Assembly: GCA_002347655.1 (NCBI GenBank)
Contig: DDWR01000009.1
Span: 861 to 64,860 of the forward strand
Reading direction: 5' to 3'
Source of the DNA: Verrucomicrobia bacterium UBA2281
Lineage (GTDB): Bacteria; Verrucomicrobiota; Kiritimatiellia; CAIQIC01; Lenti-01
DNA length: 64,000 nucleotides
The translations under genes and the position numbers were made by a program. The notes beneath the pieces were generated by a model. That model searched no databases, was not told the DNA's origin, and was given only the letters and a program-made list of their open reading frames with translations. Shown here one piece after another: positions 44,305 to 52,180 of this stretch (positions within the stretch are counted from its first letter, which is position 1; every line of letters starts with the position of its first letter).

Positions 44305-45294
44305 GTGAAACCCCTCGCCATCGGCCTCACCGCCGGCGATCCCAACGGCATCGGTCCGGAAGTGGCGTTGCGCGCCGCGCTGCGGCCGCAGCCCGCGAAC
44401 CGCCGGCTCGTGCTGATCGGCCACCGCGCAGTCTGGGCACGCGCCGCCGCGCAGATCGGCCGGACGTTGCCGCCCGAAGTGCCGGACCTCGAACCGCCGC
44501 TGCCGCGCCGGTGCACGTGGGATCCCGACATGGCGCCGCCGCCGGCCGCCCGCCCCGGCCAGGTCCGCGCCGACGCCGCGCGCGCCGCCTACGCCTATAT
44601 CCTCTCCGGCGCGGCCGCGGCGCTGAACGGCCGCCTCGCCGCCCTCGTCACCGCTCCGATCAGCAAGGAAGCGTTCCGGCTCGCCGGCATCCGCGATCCC
44701 GGCCACACCGAACTGCTCGCGCGCCTCGCCGGCGTCCGCCGCTACGCCATGATGCTTTTCGGCGAGAAGATCCGCGTCGTCCTCGCCACGCGCCACCTGC
44801 CGCTGCGGAACGTCGCGGACGCCCTGACGGCCGACGCCGTCGTCGCAGCCGTCGAACTGCTCGCCCGCGCGCTGCCGTGGATGGGCTTCCGGCGCGCGCG
44901 CATCGGCGTGTGCGGCCTCAATCCCCACGCCGGCGACGGCGGCGCGCTGGGCGGGGAGGAGAAAACGATCCTCGCCCCCGCGCTCGCCCGGTGCCGCCGG
45001 CGCGGACTCCACGTCGCCGGCCCGATCCCCGCCGACGCCGTTTTCCACCAGCACCTCGCCGGAAAATACGACGCCGTCGTCGCCATGTACCACGACCAAG
45101 GCCTCGCCCCCCTGAAGATGCTGTCGTTCGAATCCGGCGTGAATCTCACCCTCGGCCTGCCCTTCGTCCGCACCAGCCCCGACCACGGCACCGCCTTCGA
45201 CCTCGCCGGAAAAAACAAAGCCAACCCCGCCAGCATGACCGCCGCCCTCGACTGGGCCGCCCGGCTCGCCGCCCGGAAAAACCCCTGGGCCTAG
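44305..45294 (+). CDS. pdxA: 4-hydroxythreonine-4-phosphate dehydrogenase
   Basis: GTG start. TAGDPNGIGPEV, GHTELLA, CGLNPHAGDGG, AMYHDQGL, RTSPDHGTAFD. Confidence 0.92.
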   Translation: MKPLAIGLTAGDPNGIGPEVALRAALRPQPANRRLVLIGHRAVWARAAAQIGRTLPPEVPDLEPPLPRRCTWDPDMAPPPAARPGQVRADAARAAYAYILSGAAAALNGRLAALVTAPISKEAFRLAGIRDPGHTELLARLAGVRRYAMMLFGEKIRVVLATRHLPLRNVADALTADAVVAAVELLARALPWMGFRRARIGVCGLNPHAGDGGALGGEEKTILAPALARCRRRGLHVAGPIPADAVFHQHLAGKYDAVVAMYHDQGLAPLKMLSFESGVNLTLGLPFVRTSPDHGTAFDLAGKNKANPASMTAALDWAARLAARKNPWA

Positions 45295-45734
45295 CCGGCC
45301 GGGCGCTCGATCGTCACCGTGCGCGCCTGCTCCCCGGCGCCGCGGGCTTCCAGCCGCACGTGCCAGCACGTTTCCGGCAGCGATTCCGCCACGCGCTCGG
45401 CCCATTCGATCGCCACGATCCCGCCGAACCGGAACAGATAGTCCTCCAGGCCCAGGCCGAACGCGTCGCCCGCGCCCCGCACGCGGTAGAGATCGACGTG
45501 CGCCAGCGCCCGTTGGCCTTTGTATTCGTTGATCAGCGTGAACGTCGGGCTGCCCACGGGCCGCCGCACGCCCAGCGCCTTCGCCAGGCCCTGCACGAAA
45601 CAGGTCTTGCCCGCTCCCAGCTCGCCGTGCAGGCACAGCACCGCGCCGTCCGGCAGTTCCGCCGCCAGCCGCGCGGCCAGGGCTTGCGTTTCCGCCGCCG
45701 AGTTCGTTTCCAGCCGTTCCGTCGTCCGTTCCAT
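45291..45734 (-). CDS. tsaE: tRNA t6A37 biosynthesis ATPase
   Basis: LCLHGELGAGKTCFVQGLAKALG, SPTFTLINEY, HVDLYR. Its stop shares the CTAG tetranucleotide with the pdxA stop. Confidence 0.85.
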   Translation of the reverse strand: MERTTERLETNSAAETQALAARLAAELPDGAVLCLHGELGAGKTCFVQGLAKALGVRRPVGSPTFTLINEYKGQRALAHVDLYRVRGAGDAFGLGLEDYLFRFGGIVAIEWAERVAESLPETCWHVRLEARGAGEQARTVTIERPAG

Positions 45735-45804
45735 GGCCGGGCAGACTGGCCGAAACCCGCCCGGCTTGGCAAGCGCCCAATTTCGCGGCGCGGCGAGGCG
45801 GACG

Positions 45805-45833
45805 TTGACGAACGTCCGCCACCCGCCTATTCT
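45805..45833 (+). promoter_or_regulatory. Candidate sigma-70 promoter TTGACG-N17-TATTCT for the two-component operon
   Basis: Read directly. Followed by an AGGAGG SD before ATG 45863. Confidence 0.45.
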
Positions 45834-45862
45834 GTTCATGAAACCTGAATAGGAGGCCGTCC

Positions 45863-46558
45863 ATGCCGCGAGAAACCATTCTGCTGGTCGAAGACGAACA
45901 CGACATCCGGGAACTCCTCAAGTTCCACCTCGAGCGCGAAAACCTCGCCGTCGAGGCGTTCGAGAACGGCGAAGACGCCCTGGCCGCCCTGAAAACGCGC
46001 GGCGTCTCGCTCGTGCTGCTGGATCTGATGCTGCCGGGCATCGACGGCCTCGAAGTGTGCCGCCGCCTCAAAGCCCAGCCCGAAACGCGCGACGTCCCGA
46101 TCGTCATGCTCACCGCCAAGGACAGCGAGGCCGACATCGTCGCCGGGCTGGAGATGGGCGCGGCCGACTACGTCTGCAAGCCCTTCAGCCCGCGCGTGCT
46201 CATGGCGCGCATCCGCGCGGTGCTGCGCCGGCCGGCGACGGACGTCCTCAACGACGTCGCGGGGCCGCCCATCGTCATCGGCGCGCTGACGATCGATCCC
46301 GGCCGCCACAAGGTCGAGATCAAGGGCAAGGAAGTCCCGCTGACCTTCACGGAATTCCGCATCCTGCGGCTGCTGGCGGAAACCCCGGGCCGCGCCTTTT
46401 CCCGCGCGCAGATCGTCGACCACGTCCGGGGCGAATCCTATTCCGTCACCGAGCGCATCGTCGACGTGCAGATGGTGAGCCTGCGCAAGAAACTGGGCAA
46501 CCTCGGCGACTGGATCGAAACCGTCCGCGGAGTGGGCTACCGGTTCCGGGAAACCTGA
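45863..46558 (+). CDS. OmpR/PhoB-family response regulator
   Basis: Receiver domain (LLVEDEHDI, LVLLDLMLPGIDG, MLTAK) plus a winged-helix C-terminus (TFTEFRILRLL, RGVGYRF). Confidence 0.92.
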   Translation: MPRETILLVEDEHDIRELLKFHLERENLAVEAFENGEDALAALKTRGVSLVLLDLMLPGIDGLEVCRRLKAQPETRDVPIVMLTAKDSEADIVAGLEMGAADYVCKPFSPRVLMARIRAVLRRPATDVLNDVAGPPIVIGALTIDPGRHKVEIKGKEVPLTFTEFRILRLLAETPGRAFSRAQIVDHVRGESYSVTERIVDVQMVSLRKKLGNLGDWIETVRGVGYRFRET

Positions 46559-46562
46559 GTCC

Positions 46563-48293
46563 GTGCCCCGGGCGTTTTCCACGCGGCGCTTCACCTTCGC
46601 CTACGCCGCGATCATGGCCGCGCTGATCGCGCTGGCCGCTTCCGCCCTCCAGCATCTGTCCCTGCAACGGCAGGCGCGCCAGCTCGAGCGCCGCCGGGAA
46701 TCCCTCCAGCATCTGCTCGTCTCGTCCTATCGGGAACTGGGCCCGGAACGCTTCCTCCCGTGGCTGGCGCGCGTGGATTTCCAGGCCTGGGCCGCGCCCG
46801 GCTGGAACCTGATCTGGCTGGCGGCCGACGGATCCGTCCGCTGGGCCGTCCAGCCGGCGGATCCCGCCCGCGTCCCCGCCGCCGGCCGCGCCGCGCTGAT
46901 CGCGCTGGCCGCCGGGGAACGCGTCGAAACCCACGACCTGGCCTTCCAGGCGGACGGACGGCGCGGCCGCGCCGACGTCCACCTCCTCGATCCCGCCGAT
47001 CCGGCGGCCGGCGGAATGCTGTTGCTCGTGCCGGTGCCGCGTTTTTTTTCCGACGCCGTCGATTTCTGGATCGCCGCCGCCGCCTTATTCCTCCTGTTGC
47101 TCGGCATCTTCGCCGTCTACCAGCGCCTGCTGCTCGGGCGCATCCGGCGGATCGTCCAGGCCCACGTCGCGGCCGGCACGGTTCCGCCCGGACCCGACCA
47201 GTTCCTCGAGACCTGGGCCGTGCAGCACGCCGCGCTCGCGTCCCGCCGGAAGTCGGAGGAACGCGACCCGTTCGACGCCCTCTTCGATCTTCTCCAGGAC
47301 GGCACCCTGGTGCTCGACGCCGCCAACCGCATCCTGCGCGCCAATGCGACCGCCAACCAGCTGCTGGCCCCCGGCGCCGCGCCGCTGGTCGGACGGGCGC
47401 TGGCCGAGTTGCCGGATTCCGACGCCTTGGCCGGGCTCGCGGACGACATCCGGACCGCGGCCGCTTTCCGCTCCGCCGAAATCCAGCTGCGCGGCGACGG
47501 CCCGCAGTGCCAGGCCGCGGGCATTCCCCTCCACGAAGAAGACGGCCCGGCCGGCGGCCACGTCCTGCTGGTCCTGCGCGACGTCTCCCGCATGCGCCAG
47601 CTCGAACGCGCCGGCGAAGAATACGCGACCAACGTCTCCCACGAACTCAAGACCCCGCTGACCCTCATCCTCGGCTACACCGAAACCCTCCTGTCCCACG
47701 CCGACACCGAGCCGGAGTTCCGCGACCGGTCGCTGCGCACCATCGAGCACCACGCGCGGCGCATCCTGCGCATCGTCGACGACCTGCTGCGCCTGGCGTG
47801 GCTCAAGAACGAGGCCGAGTCCGTCGGCCAGGTCCCGCGCGCGCCCGTGGCGGTCGCCGCGGTCGCCGCCGAAGCCGTCGCCAGCTGCCGCGAGTGGGCC
47901 CGCAACGCCGGCGTCGCCGTCGACGTCCACGTGCCCGACGGGCTGACGTGGAGCCTGCACGCGGGCCTGATGGAAGAAGCCCTCGCCAACCTCCTCAAGA
48001 ACGCCATTCTCTACGCCCTCGTCGGCCCCGTCGAAATCCGCGCGCGCGTCCTCGCCAACGGCCATCTCGAATGGGCGGTCGTCGACCGCGGCCCCGGCCT
48101 CAAGCCCGACGACGCCCAGCGCATCTTCGACCGCTTCTACCGCGCGGACAAGGGCCGCGCGCGCGCCACGGGCGGCAGCGGGCTCGGCCTGCCCATCGTC
48201 CAGCAGATCGTCCAGGCCCATCGCGGCACCGCCCGCGTCGAAACCGCCCCCGGCGAAGGCTGCACCTTCCTCCTCGAAATCCCGCCCGCCTGA
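46563..48293 (+). CDS. Sensor histidine kinase (PhoR-like architecture)
   Basis: Two TM helices, PAS-like region, H-box NVSHELKTPLT, N/G boxes LLKNAILYA, DRGPGL, GGSGLGLPIV. Confidence 0.9.
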   Translation: MPRAFSTRRFTFAYAAIMAALIALAASALQHLSLQRQARQLERRRESLQHLLVSSYRELGPERFLPWLARVDFQAWAAPGWNLIWLAADGSVRWAVQPADPARVPAAGRAALIALAAGERVETHDLAFQADGRRGRADVHLLDPADPAAGGMLLLVPVPRFFSDAVDFWIAAAALFLLLLGIFAVYQRLLLGRIRRIVQAHVAAGTVPPGPDQFLETWAVQHAALASRRKSEERDPFDALFDLLQDGTLVLDAANRILRANATANQLLAPGAAPLVGRALAELPDSDALAGLADDIRTAAAFRSAEIQLRGDGPQCQAAGIPLHEEDGPAGGHVLLVLRDVSRMRQLERAGEEYATNVSHELKTPLTLILGYTETLLSHADTEPEFRDRSLRTIEHHARRILRIVDDLLRLAWLKNEAESVGQVPRAPVAVAAVAAEAVASCREWARNAGVAVDVHVPDGLTWSLHAGLMEEALANLLKNAILYALVGPVEIRARVLANGHLEWAVVDRGPGLKPDDAQRIFDRFYRADKGRARATGGSGLGLPIVQQIVQAHRGTARVETAPGEGCTFLLEIPPA

Positions 48294-48339
48294 TCGCCCC
48301 GCGCCGGATTTCCCGGCGCCCGCGGAAACGTTGCGCGGG

Positions 48340-48401
48340 TTTTACGTGGAACGTAGAAACTTTCGCGCGGTTTTACGTAGAACGTAGAAACTTTGCGCGC
48401 G
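48340..48401 (+). repeat. Tandem dimer of the 31-bp palindromic element (locus C)
   Basis: TTTTACGTGGAACGTAGAAACTTTCGCGCGG followed by TTTTACGTAGAACGTAGAAACTTTGCGCGCG. Lies between the kinase gene and the EamA gene. Confidence 0.85.
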
Positions 48402-48457
48402 GGCCGCGGCGCAATTTGCTTTTCTTCGGGGCGGCGGAGCGTAGACTCCGCCGTCCG

Positions 48458-49378
48458 ATGACCCCCGCCGTTTCCAACCGTCCCTTCGCCGCCGCGGTCG
48501 GCGCGATGCTGCTGGCCCTGTTTTTCTGGGCGGTGGTGCCGCTGATGCTGGTGCATTTCACGCGGTGGATGGATCCGTGGACGGCGAACGGCGCGCGCTA
48601 CTTCTTCGCGGCGTCGTTCTGGCTGCCGTTCGTGGTGCGCACGCTGCGGGGCATGGCGCCGCCGGAGCGGCGCGCGGTCTGGCGGGCGGCGCTGGTGCCG
48701 GCGGCGGCCCATTGCGCGGCGCAGGTGTTCTTCGGCCTCGCGCCGTACCACAACAACGCGACGATGCTGAACTTCGGCTGCCGGCTGTCCATCCCCTTCG
48801 CCACCCTCTTCGGCTTCTGGCTGCTGCCGGGCGAACGGCCGCTGATGCGCGCGCCGCTGTTCTGGGCCGGACTGGCCTGCGCGCTCGGCGGCTTCGTGCT
48901 GATGTTCGAGAACGGCTTCGGCACGGACAGCACCTCGGCGACGGGCATGCTGCTGCTGACGGGCTTCGCGGCGACGTGGGGCCTCTACGCGGTGTTCGTG
49001 CGGCGCAACCTGTCGGTCTATCCGGCGCATCTGGCCTACGGCGTCGTCAGCCTGTTGACCGGCGCGCCGCTGGTGGCGCTGATGTTCCGCTTCGGCGATT
49101 GGCGCGCGCTGGCGGGGCTGTCCGCCGGCCAATGGTTCTGGCTGATCCTGTCCGCGCTGCTGGGCCTGACGCTGGGCCACCTGTTCTACTACCGCGCCAT
49201 CCGCGTCCTCGGCCCCATCGCATCCGAAGGCAGCCTGCTGCTGATTCCCTTCCAGACGGCCGCGCTGGCCCATTTCTGGATGGGCGATCGGCTCTCCCCT
49301 TCGCAATGGGCGGCCGGCGTCGGCCTGATCCTGGGCTGCACCCTGCTGCTGCGCGCGCGCTTCCGCATGCGCAGCTGA
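48458..49378 (+). CDS. EamA/DMT-family transporter
   Basis: 10-TM protein with duplicated EamA halves. Real part of ORF 46760-49378. Confidence 0.8.
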   Translation: MTPAVSNRPFAAAVGAMLLALFFWAVVPLMLVHFTRWMDPWTANGARYFFAASFWLPFVVRTLRGMAPPERRAVWRAALVPAAAHCAAQVFFGLAPYHNNATMLNFGCRLSIPFATLFGFWLLPGERPLMRAPLFWAGLACALGGFVLMFENGFGTDSTSATGMLLLTGFAATWGLYAVFVRRNLSVYPAHLAYGVVSLLTGAPLVALMFRFGDWRALAGLSAGQWFWLILSALLGLTLGHLFYYRAIRVLGPIASEGSLLLIPFQTAALAHFWMGDRLSPSQWAAGVGLILGCTLLLRARFRMRS

Positions 49379-49387
49379 ATGCTCCCC

Positions 49388-49657
49388 CTACTCGGCCGGC
49401 GTTTCCGCGCCCCCGCCCAGCCGCGGCAAACGCAGCTTCGACGTGGAGGGCGGACGGTCGGACATCGTGTAGGCAAGCAGCGCCAACACCGTCAGGATGA
49501 TCGCCACAAGACCCAGCGACGAAAACCAATCGATCGGTCGATGCAGCCGCGATCCGCACCAGGCGCATTGCCCGGACTGCGGATGGTTCCGGTTCCCGCA
49601 GGTCCGGCAGATCTTGTATTTCGGCGGCGGCGCCGCCGCTTTCCGCTTGAACAACAT
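49388..49657 (-). CDS. Small zinc-ribbon membrane protein
   Basis: CRTCGNRNHPQSGQCAWCG followed by one TM helix. Confidence 0.5.
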   Translation of the reverse strand: MLFKRKAAAPPPKYKICRTCGNRNHPQSGQCAWCGSRLHRPIDWFSSLGLVAIILTVLALLAYTMSDRPPSTSKLRLPRLGGGAETPAE

Positions 49658-49764
49658 GGCGTCTATCCCTTGACCACAAGTCCGACCGAGCTTCTATGGC
49701 CTCGTCCGAATGGAAGAGACTAGCGAAAAACCGCGGGCGCTACAATCCCCAACCGCTCCCGTAA

Positions 49765-49799
49765 CGGAAAATTAACCCGAGGCGACGGGAAATTTTCCG
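49765..49799. repeat. Perfect 9-bp inverted repeat CGGAAAATT-N17-AATTTTCCG abutting the antiporter stop codon
   Basis: Read directly. The inner spacer carries a small CCCG/CGGG hairpin. No U-tract. Confidence 0.4.
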
Positions 49800-49800
49800 A

Positions 49801-51498
49801 TCAGGGCTCCGGGACCGGAGGGACTTGCCGCGCGGAATCGCCGGCGCGAAGGCGGACCCACTCCAAAGCCAGTTCCTGCCGCCGCTGCCGGGCGACGTCC
49901 AGCCCCAGCACGCCGACCAGCAGGCGGGTCTCGGCCACCACGACCGGAATCTCCCGCAGCCCGGCTTGCTCCATTCGTCCGATGGCTTCGTCCAAGCGGA
50001 CGCCCGTCGTCAGGACGCCGGGCGCCGGTTCGAGGACGTCGGCGGCGATCACGGCCGGCCAAGCATGCTCGCTGGCCAACAGCGGCCGGAGCGACGCCAT
50101 GCGGACGAGCCCCGCCAAACGGCCCTGCGGATCGACGACCGGACAATCCGTGAAATTGCCCGCCGCGAACGCTTCCATGATCGTGCGGAGGTGGTCCGTT
50201 TCCCGGACGGCAACCGGATCGCGGTCCATGACTTGTTCGACCGGGGTCTGGGCCGCGAAGGCCGCCCCGTCCACCTCGGCGCCGGCCGCAGGGTCGCCCC
50301 CCTCCTGCCGCAAGATGCGGTTCCCGGAATACGCGATGGCCCACGCCCCGAGCGGCGCGGTCAGCAGCACGCTCAGCACCGCCACGGCCAAAATGATTTG
50401 CCCCGGTCCGGTCGCCATGCCGGCGGCCTGCATGGCGACCAGCGGCGCGCCGCCGATGGCGGCCTGCACCGTCGCCTTGGGCAGATAGGCGATCACCACG
50501 AACAGCCGCTCCGCCGGCGTCAGTTCGCTGCCCAGCAGGCACAGCCACGTGCCGGCGCTCCGGGCGAGGAGCCCCAGCCCCACCAGCGCGCTGCCGGCCA
50601 GACCGGCCTGCCACGCGACGCCCACGTCCACCTGCGCCCCCACCAGCGTGAACAGCATGATCTGCGCGAACACCCAGATCTTCGCGAGCTTGGCGGACAG
50701 CTCGTGGGCCATGTGCTCGCTTTTTTCCAGGATGATCGCCCCGATGGCCATCACCGCCAGCAGCGCCGCGAACGGCACGAATTCCTCGACGTGCCGTTCC
50801 GCCCCGACCAGCACGATGGAAACGCCCAGGATGGCCAACAGCCGCTTCGTGGCGCGCGGATTGAAACGCCGGAACGTGCGGTAGAGCACCCAGCCGAACG
50901 CCGAGCCCGCGGCGATGCCCGACAGAATGGAGATCGGAATGCCGGCCAGCTTCCACGGCAGGTTCACCTGCCCGCCCGTGTAGAGTCCCAGCAGCGCGCT
51001 GAACACCACGATGACGAACACGTCGTCGATCGACGACGCGGCGATGACCAGCGTGGGGATGGCCTTGTCCGTCCCCTTCCGGCGCGCCGCGAAATCGAGC
51101 ATCAGCGGCACCACGACCGCCGGCGAGACCGCCCCCAGCACCGTCCCCAGGATCGCCGACTCCACATAGGACAACCCGAGCAGGCGCGGGCCCAGCGCCG
51201 TCACCGCCAGCGCCTCCAGCGTGGCCGGCACGAACGACAGCAGCAGCGCCTGCACGCCCACGCGCCGCAACGTGTCCTTGTGCAGCTCGAACCCCGCGCG
51301 CAGCAGGATCACGATCAGCGCGATCATCCGCATGTCGGCCGAAAACGCCAGCAAGCCGGGATCCAGCGCCCCCAGCATGCAGGGGCCGAGCACGACGCCC
51401 ACCAGCATCATGCCGACCAGTCCCGGCACCCGCAGCTTCCGGAAAAGAAAATCCACCAGCAGCCCGAGGATCACCAACGTCGCCAGGCCCAACGCCAT
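49801..51498 (-). CDS. Cation:proton antiporter (CPA1/NhaP-like) with C-terminal CBS-domain pair
   Basis: 565 aa. N-terminus MALGLATLVILGLLVDFLFRKLRVPGLVGMMLVGVVLGP, about 12 TM helices, and two CBS-like repeats in the C-terminal 150 aa. Confidence 0.9.
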   Translation of the reverse strand: MALGLATLVILGLLVDFLFRKLRVPGLVGMMLVGVVLGPCMLGALDPGLLAFSADMRMIALIVILLRAGFELHKDTLRRVGVQALLLSFVPATLEALAVTALGPRLLGLSYVESAILGTVLGAVSPAVVVPLMLDFAARRKGTDKAIPTLVIAASSIDDVFVIVVFSALLGLYTGGQVNLPWKLAGIPISILSGIAAGSAFGWVLYRTFRRFNPRATKRLLAILGVSIVLVGAERHVEEFVPFAALLAVMAIGAIILEKSEHMAHELSAKLAKIWVFAQIMLFTLVGAQVDVGVAWQAGLAGSALVGLGLLARSAGTWLCLLGSELTPAERLFVVIAYLPKATVQAAIGGAPLVAMQAAGMATGPGQIILAVAVLSVLLTAPLGAWAIAYSGNRILRQEGGDPAAGAEVDGAAFAAQTPVEQVMDRDPVAVRETDHLRTIMEAFAAGNFTDCPVVDPQGRLAGLVRMASLRPLLASEHAWPAVIAADVLEPAPGVLTTGVRLDEAIGRMEQAGLREIPVVVAETRLLVGVLGLDVARQRRQELALEWVRLRAGDSARQVPPVPEP

Positions 51499-51502
51499 CG
51501 GA

Positions 51503-51610
51503 TCAGCCCTCCGCGCCGCCGTTGTCCAGCGCCAGCCGGCCCCGCACCGGAGGATTTCCCCGCGAATCCAAGATTTCCATGGCCGCGATCGATTGGATCT
51601 TCGCCTTCAT
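51503..51610 (-). pseudogene. Enolase N-terminal remnant (35 codons) retained as an upstream ORF
   Basis: AGGAG SD then MKAKIQSIAAMEILDSRGNPPVRGRLALDNGGAEG*. EILDSRGNP.V is the invariant enolase N-terminal motif. The stop lies 5 nt before the antiporter ATG, and its last codons supply the antiporter SD (GGAGGG). Confidence 0.65.
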
Positions 51611-51673
51611 GCAATCTGCTCCTGCCGGGCATCCCGGCTTGTTCGTTGAGACCGCCGGCGCGCCGGCGCGGCC

Positions 51674-51702
51674 AACGAAAAGCCCCGCCGACGGCGGGGC
51701 TT
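51674..51702 (-). terminator. Rho-independent terminator forming the riboswitch expression platform
   Basis: Minus strand: AGCCCCGCC-GTC-GGCGGGGCT followed by TTTCGTT. Confidence 0.7.
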
Positions 51703-51732
51703 TCCCAAAGCTCCCGCCACCGAAACCTTCGG

Positions 51733-51792
51733 CGACAGGAGTCATCAGTCCGGGCAACCCGAACGGTTCGGCGGGGGACTCCATCCCCTTGC
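51733..51792 (-). promoter_or_regulatory. Candidate fluoride riboswitch aptamer (crcB motif)
   Basis: Minus strand: GGGGAUGGAGUCCCCC GCCGAACCG UUCGGGUUGCCCGGA CUGAUGACUCCUGU. P1 is GGGG/CCCC, the pseudoknot is GGAGUC/GACUCC, and the hallmark is CUGAUGAnnCCU. Confidence 0.6.
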
Positions 51793-51802
51793 AACGAGAG
51801 CA

Positions 51803-51831
51803 GATATCCCCCAAACGACCCCGACATGCAA
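51803..51831 (-). promoter_or_regulatory. Candidate promoter TTGCAT-N17-GATATC driving the riboswitch leader
   Basis: Read on the minus strand. The -10 ends about 14 nt before the aptamer. Confidence 0.35.
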
Positions 51832-51858
51832 GGATAAACGCGGCGGCCGCCGCGGCAA

Positions 51859-51998
51859 GGGCGCATCTGCGATTCGGTGCAAGGATCCAGCCTGAAGGCT
51901 GGACTACGAACGGGTCTGGTATGTAGTCCACGCTTTAGCGTGTGGCTGTCCTTTTCGGCCTGAAACGCGAGTGGATGCACCGAATCGCAGATGTGCCC
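51859..51998. repeat. 140-bp element bounded by a 23-bp inverted repeat (18 bp perfect) enclosing three hairpins
   Basis: CATCTGCGATTCGGTGCA (51864-51881) pairs with TGCACCGAATCGCAGATG (51976-51993). Internal hairpins: CCAGCC-TGAA-GGCTGG, GGACTAC-N15-GTAGTCC, CACGC-TTTA-GCGTG. Confidence 0.5.
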
Positions 51999-52018
51999 CA
52001 GTTGCGCCGCCCCGGCGC

Positions 52019-52048
52019 TTGACTTGGCGGCGCGGCCTTTGGCATAGT
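52019..52048 (+). promoter_or_regulatory. Candidate promoter TTGACT-N18-CATAGT for tRNA-Thr
   Basis: Read directly. About 15 nt upstream of the mature tRNA 5' end. Confidence 0.3.
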
Positions 52049-52063
52049 CCGCGTTTCATTGGC

Positions 52064-52139
52064 GCCAAAGTAGCTCAGCTGGCAGAGCACCGCATTCGTA
52101 ATGCGACGGTCGTCGGTTCGAATCCGACCTTTGGCTCCA
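52064..52139 (+). tRNA. tRNA-Thr (anticodon CGU)
   Basis: Hand-folded. Acceptor GCCAAAG/CTTTGGC, D arm GCTC..GAGC, anticodon loop TTCGTAA, T arm GTCGG-TTCGAAT-CCGAC, encoded CCA, then a T-run. Confidence 0.93.
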
Positions 52140-52180
52140 CTTTTTTTGCGCCCCGCTCTCGCCGGAACGGCGGGCCGGCG

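Noticed and set aside
45291-45294. Shared CTAG stop of convergent pdxA/tsaE (and TGATCA at 31115-31120)
   Set aside because: A trivial consequence of compact convergent genes. No regulatory implication can be supported.
51742-51748. CUGAUGA as a hammerhead ribozyme core
   Set aside because: A 7-mer is expected by chance several times in this window. No correctly placed GAAA/stem III could be drawn. The motif is better explained as part of the fluoride aptamer.
51738-51760. AGTCCGGG similarity to the RNase P RNA P4 region
   Set aside because: Only a partial 8-mer matches. GAGGAAAGUCCGGGC, ACAGAACCCGGCUUA and other conserved RNase P blocks are absent on both strands.
51976-51999. Minus-strand GGGGCACAUCUGCGAUUCGG resembling a tmRNA 5' end
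   Set aside because: There is no tRNA-like T arm, no CCA end and no tag reading frame. The segment instead forms a 23-bp inverted repeat with 51859-51881.
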